A DNA stretch of 32,129 bases from Octopus sinensis (Eukaryota), in assembly GCF_006345805.1 (NCBI RefSeq), contig NW_021829619.1:1-32129 (forward strand). Direction: 5' to 3'. Shown one piece after another: positions 1 through 12,054 of this stretch (position 1 is the stretch's first letter; each line of letters begins with the position of its first letter). Both the position numbers and the translations under genes were made by a program. The notes under the pieces are model-generated. The model was given only the letters and a program-made list of their open reading frames with translations, had not been told where the DNA came from and did no database searches.

Positions 1-315
1 TTATTACCAACAAATTTACATAAAAATCTAGATACACTCGGTTTCTCGGGAAAAAAGCAAAAGAAACTGACGCGGATTCTCCAAATCCAATTTATTAGTG
101 GCACAGTGAAGATCTGTATGACATTCCAAAAATTCTCCATGTGAGATTGTTATGTGAATAGATGCACACACTCGGGTGCATGCATCGACAGTTCAACCAA
201 CACACCAACTCGACCACATATTCAGAAACACCGGGAAGTCTCTTCGCTCAAAATGCCATGTTAGCAACCGGATCGAACTCTCTTAAGAACTTGCATTAAA
301 CAAAAAGAAAAAAAA
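1..315 (+). mobile_element. 3' end of an RLE-type (R2/R4/NeSL-group) non-LTR retrotransposon
   Basis: Frame 1 reads LLPTNLHKNLDTLGFSGKKQKKLTRILQIQFISGTVKICMTFQKFSM* (stop 142-144), resembling the C-terminus after the restriction-like endonuclease. It is followed by a ~150-nt 3'UTR, an A-rich tail (298-315) and a (CATA)n array. Confidence 0.65.
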
Positions 316-454
316 CATACATATATACATACGTACATACATAGGTACGAACATACATACATACATGCATGCATGCATACGTACATACATATATACACAT
401 ATAGACATGCATATACACCCACTTATGCACATACATACATCCATCTCTCTTTTA

Positions 455-760
455 GTTCTTAATCCTCCAGTGCTATTAACACAACGGGCAACGAACTTTC
501 TAAAATTGCTCGCCCTCTTCCTTCCAGGTTTTTCTCCCCTCCGGCGTCCACTCCATCCCGATGATAGCATGTGTCTCCTGTGGTAATCGAAGCAGTTGGC
601 CAGTAAACCTTATCCACCGCTTGGTCACCGTGTCCTGCAAACATTCCATGCCGGCGACTCTTATCACCCCTTTACTTCGCACCCTGTTCCTTACCGGGAT
701 AGAGCGAGAAACAGGAGGTGATAAGAACCGCTTGCAAACGATTATCATATGAAGTTCATA
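455..760 (-). mobile_element. Degenerate RTE-clade LINE 3' fragment
   Basis: Minus ORF contains KRWIRFTGQLLRLPQETHAIIGMEWTPEG-RKTW, similar to the RTE C-terminal motif RxRWxGHxxRM...xWxPxGxRxxGRPxxTW. Confidence 0.6.
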
Positions 761-835
761 ACATAACCGTTTATTCTTTCGTCTTCTCTTTTTTCTCATT
801 ACAGCTCTGTACTCGACTAACGCTTCTAATTTAAT

Positions 836-897
836 CCCGAGCCGACTAAAGCCTTACGAGTGGATTTAGCAGACGGAAACGGAAAGAAGCCTGTCGT
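836..897 (+). mobile_element. SINE family 1 fragment
   Basis: gccgactaaagccttacgagtggatttagcagacggaaacggaaagaagcctgtcg matches the reverse complement of ~1877-1935 and ~8200-8260. Confidence 0.7.
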
Positions 898-1013
898 ATG
901 TATGAATGTATGTATGTATGTGTGTGGTGTATGTATGTATGTATGTATGTATGTATGTATGTATGTATGTATGTATTATGTATGTATGTATGATGTATGT
1001 ATGAATTTATGTA

Positions 1014-1115
<102 letters not shown>

Positions 1116-1636
1116 TATAATATATATAATATTAGGGAGTATAACTCCAAGCTTACAGGGAGAATTCAATTTAGTATTAAATTAAATTTCACAGTATAAA
1201 TATATAAAATATAAATTAGAGATAAAACCACTATTATGCAACTCAATTTAAACTTAATTGTAATACGAATTTAATTGTAGCCATGAAACGTACGTAGTGT
1301 TTTTACTTATTATATTATATATTGATCATTCATTTTATACTTTTTGAGATCTAGTTATAAGTTATATGTTTTATAAAAATATATATTATTTGTTATTTAT
1401 GAATTGGTTTATGTCTATCACTGTTTGAGTTGTATAATAGTAGTTTTATCTCGGGGAAAAAAATTATATGGTAATGGACAATATGTCCAATTTTCGGCAT
1501 ATTTGACATTAAAAATTTTTTCGCTTGCCCTTATTTATAAGTTGTTTATAACTTAACCTTTAAAGGTATTTTTAATATGCTGGCCATTGATAGAATTTGT
1601 TTTCGAAAAAAAAATGTTATCCTACATTAGACATAT

Positions 1637-2030
1637 ACTCTTTAACTTGTTTCAGTCAGTTGACTGCGGCCATGCTGGAGCACCGCCTTTAGTCGAGCAA
1701 CTCGACCCCGGGACTTATTCTTTGTAAGCCCAGTACTTATTCTATCGGTCTCTTTTGCCGAACCGTTAAGTGACGGGGACATAAACACACCAGCATCGGT
1801 TGTCAAGCAATGCTAGGGGGCAAACACAGACACACAAACATACACGCAAACATATATATATATATATACATATATACGACGGGCTTCTTTCAGTTTCCGT
1901 CTACCAAATCCACTCACAAGGCTTTGGTCGACCCGAGGTTATAGTAGAAGACACTTGCCCAAGGTGCTACGCAGTGGGACTGAACCCAGAAACATGTGGC
2001 TGGTAAGCAAGTTACTTACCACACAGCCAT
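1637..2030 (-). mobile_element. tRNA-derived SINE family 1 with internal (TA/TG) microsatellite
   Basis: Minus strand has an A-box-like TGGCTGTGTGGTAAG, a B-box-like GGTTCAGTCCC, a central CACCTTGGGCAAGTGTCTT, an internal microsatellite and the tail GGCGGTGCTCCAGCATGGCCGCAGTCA. Further copies at 7985, 12224 and 23636. Confidence 0.85.
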
Positions 2031-2269
2031 ATATATATATACATACATGTAGGTGTATGTATTTGTGTGTACCCTTGTCTAGACATTATATGAGTATTAT
2101 CGTCATACAAGCGTGGGTGTTCGTTTTTAGTCTTCCGTGAAAAATATGTCCGGCCATAGGAAAATATTGCCGTATTTGGGAGTGAGTGATGCTAACTAGA
2201 AGGGCATCTCTCAATAGAAATGCTGCCTCAAGAAATTCCATCTGACTCATACAAGCAATGGAAAAATAG

Positions 2270-2316
2270 ATGAAGAAGACGATGATGACGATGATGATGA
2301 TGATGATGATGATGAC

Positions 2317-2356
<40 letters not shown>

Positions 2357-2385
2357 ATGATGATAACAATGATGATGATGATGAT
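2270..2385. repeat. (GAT)n microsatellite
   Basis: Seen directly; follows a SINE-tail-like segment at ~2045-2270. Confidence 0.95.
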
Positions 2386-2629
2386 GGCGGTCTATTATTT
2401 GCCAGATTTTGTGTGGTGGCTAATTGAAATAATCTGCTGTTGGTATTAACGGTTTATTTGTTTGTTATCTGGTATCAGATCACCGGTGAGAATGAACATT
2501 AATTATATGAGGTATTGATCAATAAATTTTTAAGTATTATTTACACAGATAACCAACAGTATTTTCGTTTTTTTCTTCTATTTGATTCATTACCGTTTAA
2601 TTAATTGCTGTTATTAAATATTTTTTTCA

Positions 2630-2920
2630 TAACAATCAAATAATGTTCGCAACTTTGATTTTTCGTTAAAACCATGTCCAGTCTTCTTGCTGACTTACGC
2701 AGTTTTTCGCTTTCGAACCCCTCTCAAAGCTGATAATCTTGTTCTATCCCTAATTGATGTCATATTTAAACGTTGAAGTAAGCTCCTTTCCTTTCCTGTA
2801 ATATTCTTTTCTTCCGTGGATTAAAACTTGTTTCTGCCCACACAACTACTTTTTCCCTTCGGATTGTTCAATGGTCTTTTTGTCATTTCTTGTTTCGTTT
2901 CCTCTTCTACGCAGCCATGT
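2630..2920 (-). mobile_element. Possible N-terminal ORF fragment of an R4/Dong-like retrotransposon
   Basis: Frameshifted minus translation RTRLSALRGVRKRK/LRKSARRLDMVL/RKIKVANI resembles the pre-RT region of R4-clade ORFs. Recognised from memory only. Confidence 0.35.
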
Positions 2921-3034
2921 TGATCATCTTTCATCGTTTTGAAGGCGTTTTCCTGCTCTAACTAAATAAACGTCATTGTTTTATGATTTTATTTTTTTGA
3001 TCGAGATGACTTGTGATACGGAATACATACATAC

Positions 3035-3086
<52 letters not shown>

Positions 3087-3232
3087 TAAGTAATTAATTA
3101 CTTAGTATACTTAAACCTTCCTTGAATGGGGCTTTTACATGCCGAAATCTACTTGGTGAAATTAATGATTATTCCAAATTAATTGATTTCCACTATATTA
3201 TTATTGATAATTATATATATATATATATATAG

Positions 3233-3256
<24 letters not shown>

Positions 3257-3263
<7 letters not shown>

Positions 3264-3860
3264 CAAAGACGTACTGTGGACAAGGCTGCGTGGTGTTCGA
3301 TTATAAATGAATAAATATAAGATACATCATGTACAGGACATCACCAACGAGTGAAAACTACGTAAACACATGAGAGACAGACAAGAACGGGACAAAATAC
3401 CATAAGAAATCTAACCCTTCCTCAGTCGTTGACTGTTAATTACTCCCTATTTCGAGCTTTCTACGACAAGATAGGAAACTTTCATAAAACAGCAGCATCC
3501 AGAAATTTAAAAAAAAATATAAAATTTGTGGAGAGTTCGAGCTTTGAATGAACAAACATCCACAGAGTGGACATACAGGGTAAACAAATGACAAACATCA
3601 AAGGCCGTTAGGACAAGACGCATTGTAATGGGTAAGGCCTGGGAGAAATTTTGAAAGGATATAGAATAAATAGAAGAGAAGAAAACAGTAGAAGGCAAAA
3701 GGGAAAAAATGTCGGGATGCGATAGAGAATTACGTCCAGCTAGGTACACATTGCATCCAGAAAGACAAACATTAAGGGCCGTAATGTTTGTCTTTATCGA
3801 TTGTGTACCCTGTACGACACTGGTTGGTGATGTCCTGTACATGATGTATTTATATTTAGA
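3257..3860. mobile_element. PLE pseudo-LTR-like remnant with an inverted repeat
   Basis: 3312-3353 is the inverted complement of 3818-3858. The segment lies between TA and CA microsatellites. A related sequence (aacagccagcaactgatgaaggg) occurs at ~5820-5980. Confidence 0.45.
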
Positions 3861-3905
3861 CACACACACACACACAACATACATATTGTTAATCTCCTTC
3901 CTCCT

Positions 3906-4290
3906 CTCAAATGTCCCTTACTGAAATGTTAAGGAATCCTAGCTCCCCTTCCTCCCATTCAACACCTACCACCTCTCCAATCCGCCTCTCTGGAATGTTC
4001 AAGAAACCTTCCTCATCTTCTTCCCATTCCGCCTCTTCCCCTTCCCAAATCCCCCTATCTAGAATGTTTTAGAATACCTTATCCCCTTTCTCTCATTTAC
4101 CTACTCAAATCCCTTTCTCTGGAATTTACAATAATCATTCCTACAGTTCCTTCCATTTCTCCCCTTACCCCTTTCAAATCCCCATCTCTCAAATGTTCAA
4201 GTATCTTTCCTCCCCTTTCTCCCCACCCCTCTCAATTCACACTCTCTGGAATATTCAATAAACTTACCTCCCTTTCCTCCCCCTCCCCCT
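3906..4290. repeat. Degenerate pyrimidine-rich minisatellite, ~6 units of ~55-70 bp
   Basis: Recurrent motif caaatcccc.tctctggaatgttcaagaa.cttcctc. Confidence 0.7.
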
Positions 4291-4313
4291 CCTCAGTAGC
4301 ACGCCTACGTTAA

Positions 4314-5550
4314 GTGGGTAAGACTATCGAGGCTTACGAGGAGGTGGCAGGAGCAAAGATTAACCGGGAAAAGTCAGTCGGCTTGCAGCTCGGCACCTGG
4401 GTTGGCAAGTCGATGCCTTCAGACAGCTTTGTTGGGCGCTGGACGGAGGGACCGGTTAAGTTGCTGGTAGTTTGGTTTGGACGAGGCCTCCAGAGAGAGA
4501 AGAAATGGACGGAGGTATTGAGCAGGGTGGCTGCAGTAGTCAAGACCTGGCCTTGGCGATGGCTATCCCTGAAAGGGAGGGCGGAGGTGGCCAATATGTT
4601 TACCGCATCGGTCCTTACCTACCGCCTGACCGTCGTGTCCTGTCCGGATTCGTGGTTGATCAGGTTGGAGAGGCAGCTCTTTCGCTTTTTGTGGAAGGGC
4701 GGGTTACTACTTGTGAAACGCTCTGTCTGCTGTCAAAAGCCTTTAAAGGGAGGTTTAGGGATGCGTTGGTTAATGATGCGCAGACATGCGTTGAGGTTGA
4801 GGCACCTCTGGATTCTCCTGGATAGTGAACGGGTGTGGTCTCTGATGGCCAGACAAATGTTCCCCGAGTTCAAAAGTTTTTGCGAACAGGAAGCCTGGTG
4901 TTCTCGTAGACCGAGGTCGAGTGAGTGGTATAAAGAGTGCCGTAAGGCCCTCTTGCTATTCCGGCGCTCGGGCAACGCCAGCGGTGGGGGTTCCACAAAG
5001 ATTTTATATAGTGGGTTGGTAGAGTCTGAATGCTACGATGGCCTGGGGGTGACTCTAGGTCTCGGGTTTATTCAACTGGACAACCTGTTTCACCGTACAT
5101 TCGGGTTGAGAGCGTTGGACAACTTCAAAAAGTCCTCAATCTGGCAATGCTACAGAGGTGCCTTGTCCCTTTGGGTTAAAGCTCGCAAGACACGGTAAGC
5201 GTCAGTCACCGACCTGTCCAAGATGCGGGGTGGGGGAACAGTGAAACCGCCCCTCACGCTATTGTTCAGTGTCCGGAGATAACTGAAATGTGGCCTTATG
5301 CTGAACATCTGTTATCTGGCGAAGGAAGAGTACAGCTGTCGACTGAGTCAATTATTAGAATTGATCCACCGGGAGTTTTGATGAACGGAGGTAAGAAATG
5401 TTTTTTCACGGTTGTCGCAATAGCGAAAGAGGCAGTATTGAAGACAAGAAGAAAAGGAATTAAGACAGGCAACTTTATCTCTGGCCACAATTTACGATCA
5501 TTTTTTCTTTTCATTTGAAAAGGAAGCTGTGACTGGAGAAGAGATGTCTA
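4314..5550 (+). mobile_element. 5'-truncated, decayed Tx1/L1-clade ORF2 (RT C-terminal part plus Cys/His zinc finger)
   Basis: YEEVAGAKINREKS...VKLLxVWFG...LSLKGRAEVAN...LFRFLWKG...KGGLG (ORF 4314-5198), then frameshifted CPRCG...ETAPHAIVQCP (~5213-5275), typical of Tx1-type ORF2p. Confidence 0.9.
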
Positions 5551-6386
5551 CTCTATGTTTAAATTGATGCAATGATTGCATTGTTCAATTAAATGGAGTC
5601 GCATGAAACGATCGTACTGCATTACCACTGGATATCCTTGTTGCTTATTTTGATATATATATATATATTTATATGTATGTATAAATAGATATAGATATAC
5701 ATATATACATAAATCTACCTATATATATGCATAGATCTATCTATGTGAATATATGTACACACACACACATATATGTATGTATGTACATACATACATTCAA
5801 ATATACATATATAGTCATTCGAAATACGAAGTAGAAAAACAGCCAGCAACTGATGAAGGGTCGTTTTTCTACGTTGCGTGTCTTCTTTTCCATTTGTTTC
5901 TTTCGTTCGCAAAAAAAGTTCGTATTCCATGATTTCGTAATTCGTATTCCATGTTGTTTACGTTCTGTGTGTCCCGTGCCCATACATGCATGTGTATATA
6001 CATATATATGTATGTACATATATGTATGTATGCATATATATTTATATATATATATTAAACACACACACACACACGCATATATATATAGTTGCGCAAACAT
6101 ATCTGTCTACATTGTGTGTATATATACATATATATTACGTATATTTTGATGTAATATATAACCGTAAATATATATGCATATTTAAATATATGCATTTTCT
6201 TATTCATTACACACAACAGGAAAACTTGTATGTAAAAGGTTCGTGGAATTCTGCTTCTCAAAACATTGTTTTGAAAACAGTTTAACGAAATCTTTAAGTA
6301 TTGTGACAGTATCAAATAATATTTAGAGATACTTTTCATTATATACACATACACACACATATACGTACACACGCGCGCGCGCGCAA

Positions 6387-6784
6387 AATCTTTTCTACTC
6401 TAGGCACTCAGATTCGAAATTTTGGGGAAGGGGCCAGTCGATTAGATCGAACCCAGTACATAACTGGTGCTTAATTTATCGACTCCTAAAGGATGAATGG
6501 CAAAGTCGACCTCGGCAGAATTTGAACTCAGAACGTAAAGACAGACGAAATACCTATTTCTTTACTACCCACAAGGGGCTAAACACAGAGAAGACAAACA
6601 AGGACAGACACAGATTAAGTCGATTATATCGACCCCACTGCGTAACTGGTACTTATTTAATCGACCCCGAAAGGATGAAAGGCTAAGTCGACCTCGGCGG
6701 AATTTGAACTCAGAACTTAGTCGCAGACGAAATACTGCTAAGCATTTCGCCCGGCGTGCTAACGTTTCTGCCAGCTCGCCTCCT
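6387..6784 (-). mobile_element. Dimeric SINE family 2: A-tail unit 6554-6784 fused to a headless B-tail unit 6387-6553
   Basis: Head GGCGAGCTGGCAGAAACGTTAGCACGCCGGGCG...GAGTTCAAATTC. The central CCTTTCATCCTTTCGGGGTCGA...GTACCAG resembles the Meta/Sauria-type central SINE domain. Both units share the body but have different tails. Confidence 0.85.
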
Positions 6785-7127
6785 TCACACACATTTATAT
6801 GCATGATTAATGAGAGAGACGAGAAATGGAAGATACAAGAATGTTCATTGATCACTACAATTGTTTTGACCCATCTAGCATTGATCCCCCAAGGCTGGGA
6901 TACTGAACAAATGGTTTAGAAGTATGTAGTCTGTGTAGATGTATCAGGTGATTAAAAGATGTATCTCGTTAAAATAGCGTCTGCCCCGCTAGTTTTCTTC
7001 CCGGTATGTATATGCAGAAGCATCAAATTAAGGGATACAGCTTCCAGTCTTTTGACCAAGAACAAGGTAATATCTATTCTTATCAGCTTATATATATATA
7101 TATATATAACCCTACCATTTATTGATC

Positions 7128-7205
<78 letters not shown>

Positions 7206-7277
7206 AACAAAAGACGAAGACTGGTGGTGTAGACAACAAACAGATGTTTTAGTATAATGTTCAGGAAGTGAAAAAGT

Positions 7278-7313
7278 CTTTAACGTTTCGAGCTTACGCT
7301 CTTCCACAGAAAG
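7278..7313 (-). ncRNA. Minimal type I hammerhead-like motif (variant core)
   Basis: CUUU-CUGUGGAA-GAGC GUAA GCUC-GAAACGUU-AAAG: stem I cuuu/aaag, stem II GAGC/GCUC, palindromic stem III AACGUU. Confidence 0.45.
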
Positions 7314-7318
7314 GAACA

Positions 7319-7400
<82 letters not shown>

Positions 7401-7466
7401 ACCGCGTGTGTACCGTTGGCGATTTTTTTCCTCTGTCTTCCCTTCTCTGGACCTTTCCTCTCCTAT

Positions 7467-7501
7467 GTTTCCGACGAAGAGCTCCGCTCGAAACGTTAAA
7501 C
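7467..7501 (+). ncRNA. Minimal type I hammerhead-like motif (variant core)
   Basis: GUUU-CCGACGAA-GAGC UCC GCUC-GAAACGUU-AAAC. Stem I guuu/aaac co-varies with the 7278-7313 copy. Confidence 0.5.
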
Positions 7502-7575
7502 CCTCCTTCTTTCCTGAGCGCAATAATAGTCCTTGCGTTGTTGTGTTTTTTTGTTGTGCTTTCTTGTTTGGATTA

Positions 7576-7606
<31 letters not shown>

Positions 7607-7940
7607 GCTGAGGCCCTCTTCGGTCATGACTGACCATGGGATTGCACCTAGAATGTTACCCTCCGAAGCACAAGTCCGGACAAGGTTGTTTATGGAAGAC
7701 CAGCAGTCATCCATACATACCGGCCTCCCCTCACCACACCACTGATGTTATCCAAGGGAAAGGCAAAGGTCGATACAGCTTGGCACCTGTGACGTCGCAA
7801 CTCATTTCTACAGCTGAGCGAACTGGAGCAACGTGAAATAAAGTGTCTTGCTCAAGAACACAACACGCAGCCCGGTCTGGGATTCGAACTCACAACCTCA
7901 CGATCGTAAGCGTGACACTAACCACTGAGCCATACGCCTT

Positions 7941-7941
<1 letters not shown>
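7607..7941 (-). mobile_element. tRNA-derived SINE family 3
   Basis: Minus strand has A box TGGCTCAGTGG, B box AGTTCGAATCC and a central GTGTTCTTGAGCAAGACACTT...CTCAGCTGTAGAAATGAG. Confidence 0.85.
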
Positions 7942-7972
<31 letters not shown>

Positions 7973-7984
7973 TATCATATATGT

Positions 7985-8357
7985 TCTTTTACTCTTTTAT
8001 TCTCTTACTTGTTTCAGTCATTTGACTGCGGCCATGCTGGAGCACCGCATTTGGTCGAGAAAATCGACTCCAGCACTTATTCTATCGGTCTCATGCCGAA
8101 CCGCTAAGTTACGAGGACGTAAGCACACCAGCATCGGTTGTCAAACGATGTTGGGTGGGGGGCAAACACACACGTACACATATATACATATTTATATATA
8201 CGACGGTCTTCTTTCAGTTTCCGTCTACCAAATCTACTCACAAGGCTTTGGTCGACCCGAAGCTATAGTAGAGGACACTTACCCAAGGTGCCACGCAGTG
8301 AGATTGAACCCGGAACCATGTGATTAGTAAGCAAACTACTTACCATACAACCACTCC
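7985..8357 (-). mobile_element. SINE family 1 copy
   Basis: Colinear with 1637-2030. Confidence 0.85.
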
Positions 8358-8477
8358 TATATATATGATATAATATACATTATGTGTGAATATATATATA
8401 TATATATATGTACATACACAAATGTATATAATATATTATATATACGTGTATATACATAGATATATATATAAGTACAT

Positions 8478-8536
<59 letters not shown>

Positions 8537-9640
8537 GTGTTGTGTGTGTGTGTGTGTGTGTGTATGTGTGTGCACATATATTGTGATGATGGGTTCTATA
8601 ATGCATTAGACATAGACTTCTGAAACTTCGTCCCTATGTAATGAGGTGAAAGGAAGGGAGTGAAAACTAACTCTTTACCGAAATGGTTCATTCCCCGAGC
8701 TACACCTACCCACAGGAATAGTCCAACTAAAGTCCAGATGTGATTAGTTGAGTTCAGTTCTTTAATTGTGTATTCCAATACGGCATATAGTTTTTCTGAA
8801 ACTAAGAGCTGTATGATATGTTAAAGGTAATAAGGCGAGTGTTGACGATGAAATGACTATAGTTTCTCTCTCACAGCGGAACCACGTAGAAAGTTTATTC
8901 GATTCGTCTATTTCTGGTTGTTTTCACTGATATTGCTTTAGATAATCTCTATTTCTAACAGTTATTTCTGCCTACATCTTTGCTAGTATTGTTGGTGGTG
9001 GCGCCAACTCTGTATCCATTGTTGTAATTGTTGGTCTTATTATTGAAGAAAAAATAATTAAAATGTATAGAAACAAACCAAAAATAACCCTCTAAAATAC
9101 CAACGGCATCAATACTGCCACTATAGTTACCTCATTTTACATTATAATTAACGAGAGAAGGATGCCAAATTCACTCCGTTGAAATGATAAGGATAAAATA
9201 AATTCGAAAATTCTTATGTTGAATAAAGACTTTACATTAAAAACATACTTCTCTGCCACTTTAATTTCAACATCGAACAATAAAAAGAAAATTGAAGCAA
9301 TAATGTTAAATGGTGAGAAATGAAAAAGAAAAAAAAATTCAAGTAACGAAAATAAAATCTAACAATGAAAATAAAATTACTTTACGATAATTCTAAGATT
9401 GTAAAATTACCAAAATTTACTGTAATTAAGGGAAACAGAAAAAAAGAATAAAAATTTTGAGAAAGAAGAAAAAAAAGAGACAGACGGTTTCTTAAATAAT
9501 TGGATCTAGGAGTGAAATTTATCAGATTTTTTTTTATAGATTTAAAAGAGTTAAATCAGTTCTCCCGTTGCCAAACAAGTTAATCACACTAACACAATTG
9601 ATTTGATATATAACACTACATACATATATATATATAATAT

Positions 9641-9675
<35 letters not shown>

Positions 9676-10282
9676 CATACATATAGTTATATATATGTAT
9701 GTACACACACACATATCTGTATACATATGCATGTGTGTACAAAAAATGAACGTATAAAAAGCGATGAATAAAAATATCGTGACATTATTGATTTCTTCTG
9801 TCTAATTCATCTTCATCCACCATCTTTTGTATTTTTGTGTGGTTTTTATCTTCTATTTATCTTCTTCTTTTCTCCAACTTATTCTTTTTTCCCTTCGTTT
9901 TCTTCACGATTTTTCATCTCTAAATATGTTTTGTCATCTCAATTATACTAAAAAATGATTTTTTTTAAAGAATTTTTTAAAATAAAAATAAACGCCTCAT
10001 ATAACACTTTTTAAAAAAAAAGTCAGATTCTTCTCTTTTGTTGTGATATTACAAATTTATATTTCTCTTCTCGCTTGGAAGAAGACCAACATGTCTGCAG
10101 GAAGCTTATAATCGATTCAATGAATTTTATTCCACGGTAAATTACAGGTATTTATTTATTATATTTATGTACAATGAAATGATGAAAAAAAAAGAGAAGT
10201 AATTTCGAGTGGAAATTGAACGTGAAACACTCAGGGTACGAAAACCGTACGTTTTTGCTTATGATATTAGTTTCATCTTTTT

Positions 10283-10311
10283 AGGTGGTGAGCTGGCAGA
10301 AACGTCACCAC
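10283..10311 (+). mobile_element. 5' head of SINE family 2, interrupted by an insertion
   Basis: aggtggtgagctggcagaaacgt matches the SINE2 head, which resumes at 12055. Confidence 0.8.
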
Positions 10312-12054
10312 TTCGTTTGACGTCGGTCGTGTTTTTTTACGCTCTGTAAAATTCGGTAAAAAAGAACAAAAAGCGTGGTTGTTGTTGTGGAAATTCTGAA
10401 CGGCGTTGACGCGGTTTCGCGTTTCGCTCGTTCAGCGCGTTAAACTTTCTTCTGTTTTGGCGGCCGTTTTCGGTCTGTCAGACAGAAGGAAATGGACTAT
10501 GAGTCTCTAACAGACTTATCCACGACACAGATGAGGAACTGGAACGGCAATTGCAATGAAGCTGATGGAAGAAAAGCTGGAGTTTTCGAGTCTTATCAAG
10601 ACTCGCCTACGTCTGAAAGGAGCTAGAAATGGCAGCGAGGAATTTGGAAGAGAAGCTGAGTTATACCTATGCCGGTGTAACCAAGAAGGCGGAAGAGAAA
10701 GGGGTCGACATGGCCAAGTTGCCAAGTTACCAGAAATACATGAAAAAGGAAAGCGGTGAGGTGGAACTATCACCGACACCCAGGAGAAAAGAATGGTATG
10801 ATAAGAGGACCATTATTTACAGGGTGTTCGCAACGAAAGGAAGAGGGTAGAAGTTGTAACCATGGAATGGATAGAGGAAGCCCTGCGAAGAACTGAGGAG
10901 GAAATAAACTTTCTGACTCGAGGATCCAAGTACGTTACCGTAGTTGTGCATTTCAAAACTGAGTCTGCAGCGAGGAAGATGGCGCGAAGGCGGTGAAGTC
11001 GGAAAAGGTAACACTGTTACCTACGTATTTAAACAGGAGGATTACACGAATAAGGGTGGAGGGATGCCACCAAACGTGGAGGCAGAATGGATTGTGTGGC
11101 GGCTGTGATCAGCGGCCACGAGGACGAAGTGGATATTCTCCATGCCTCGGTTAAGTCCGAGGGCTGGAGAGGCGTAACAGTGGAGCTGAACGTACAGGCA
11201 GAGACCGAGGTACTGGTGGACCTGACGAAAGCATCAGAACTGGGAGAAGTGATCATGAGAGTGTGGGTGGAGGGCAGGGCTCCACGTTGTTACAAGTGTG
11301 GCCTGATGGGGGTCACATAAGAGCCTTCTGCCCTCCCCCAGGGAAAGAAATGGATCCCGAACCAGAGAGAGAGAAGCAGAAACCAGAGGAGAAGGAAACA
11401 GAGGAAGAGAATACACAGAAATGGAAGGAAGCTGGAAGTAAGAGGAAGAGAAGAATACGTGGAAAAGAAAATAATATGGAACTCCAATCCACCCCAAAAC
11501 CACCCACGCCCTCTGAGTCCCACCCTATCCATGCAGACATTGAACCCACCCGCTCCCCCCCAACAAGAAAACAAAAGAAAAAAAAGAATACCACACACAA
11601 GAGATTGAAATCGATATCAGGCCTACATTTGTACTATGACTGAACAGAAAGAAGTTAAAAGTCTAATGGAAGAGTATAAATGGTATGATGTTGGTGAGAC
11701 TAGGTATGCTGTGATTGAAAAGAAGAACATAGGTGACTTTATGGTGATGTGTGAATGCGAGAATTGGGAGGTGAAAGATATAAGAATGAGCGATGAATTC
11801 GTGGAAAATATGGATGAGTATTTCGGAGTAAGAATGGATATGGAATTTGTTCGTATTGGCAAGGAACATTCAAGTGACTATGAAAAACAAAGGACAGGTA
11901 AGTGATGCTGACGGACGGGGCCGTTGGTATCGCTTTCATTTAATCATTTTTTCGTTTAACAATTCATGTTCATAAAGTTTAATTATAATGTTATATGTCC
12001 CCATGTTTCTTAGTGTCCCTTTCTGTGTCGCCCCTAGTGGGTAATAAAGAAATA
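10306..12054 (+). mobile_element. Non-autonomous ORF1-only Tx1/L1-like retroelement (HAL1-like architecture), frameshifted
   Basis: Disrupted ORF ~10492-11905 with an RRM-like region and a zinc knuckle RVWVEGRAPRCYKCGLMG/HIRAFC (CX2CX4HX4C). No EN/RT coding follows. Ends in gcccctagtgggtaataaagaaata. TSD agaaacgt at 10298-10305 and 12055-12062. Confidence 0.8.

Noticed and set aside
7850-7941. Possible tRNA gene (also at 15560-15632 and 29780-29830)
   Set aside because: A/B boxes are present, but there is no complete cloverleaf and each is followed by a SINE body.
10082-10147. Possible small exon (RPTCLQEAYNRFNEFYST on +, or a minus-strand acceptor)
   Set aside because: Weak splice signals, ambiguous strand and no recognisable homology.
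10305-10331. Inr/DPE-like internal promoter (cacttc...ggtcgtg) at the 5' end of the ORF1-only element
   Set aside because: Spacing does not fit the canonical +28 DPE position.
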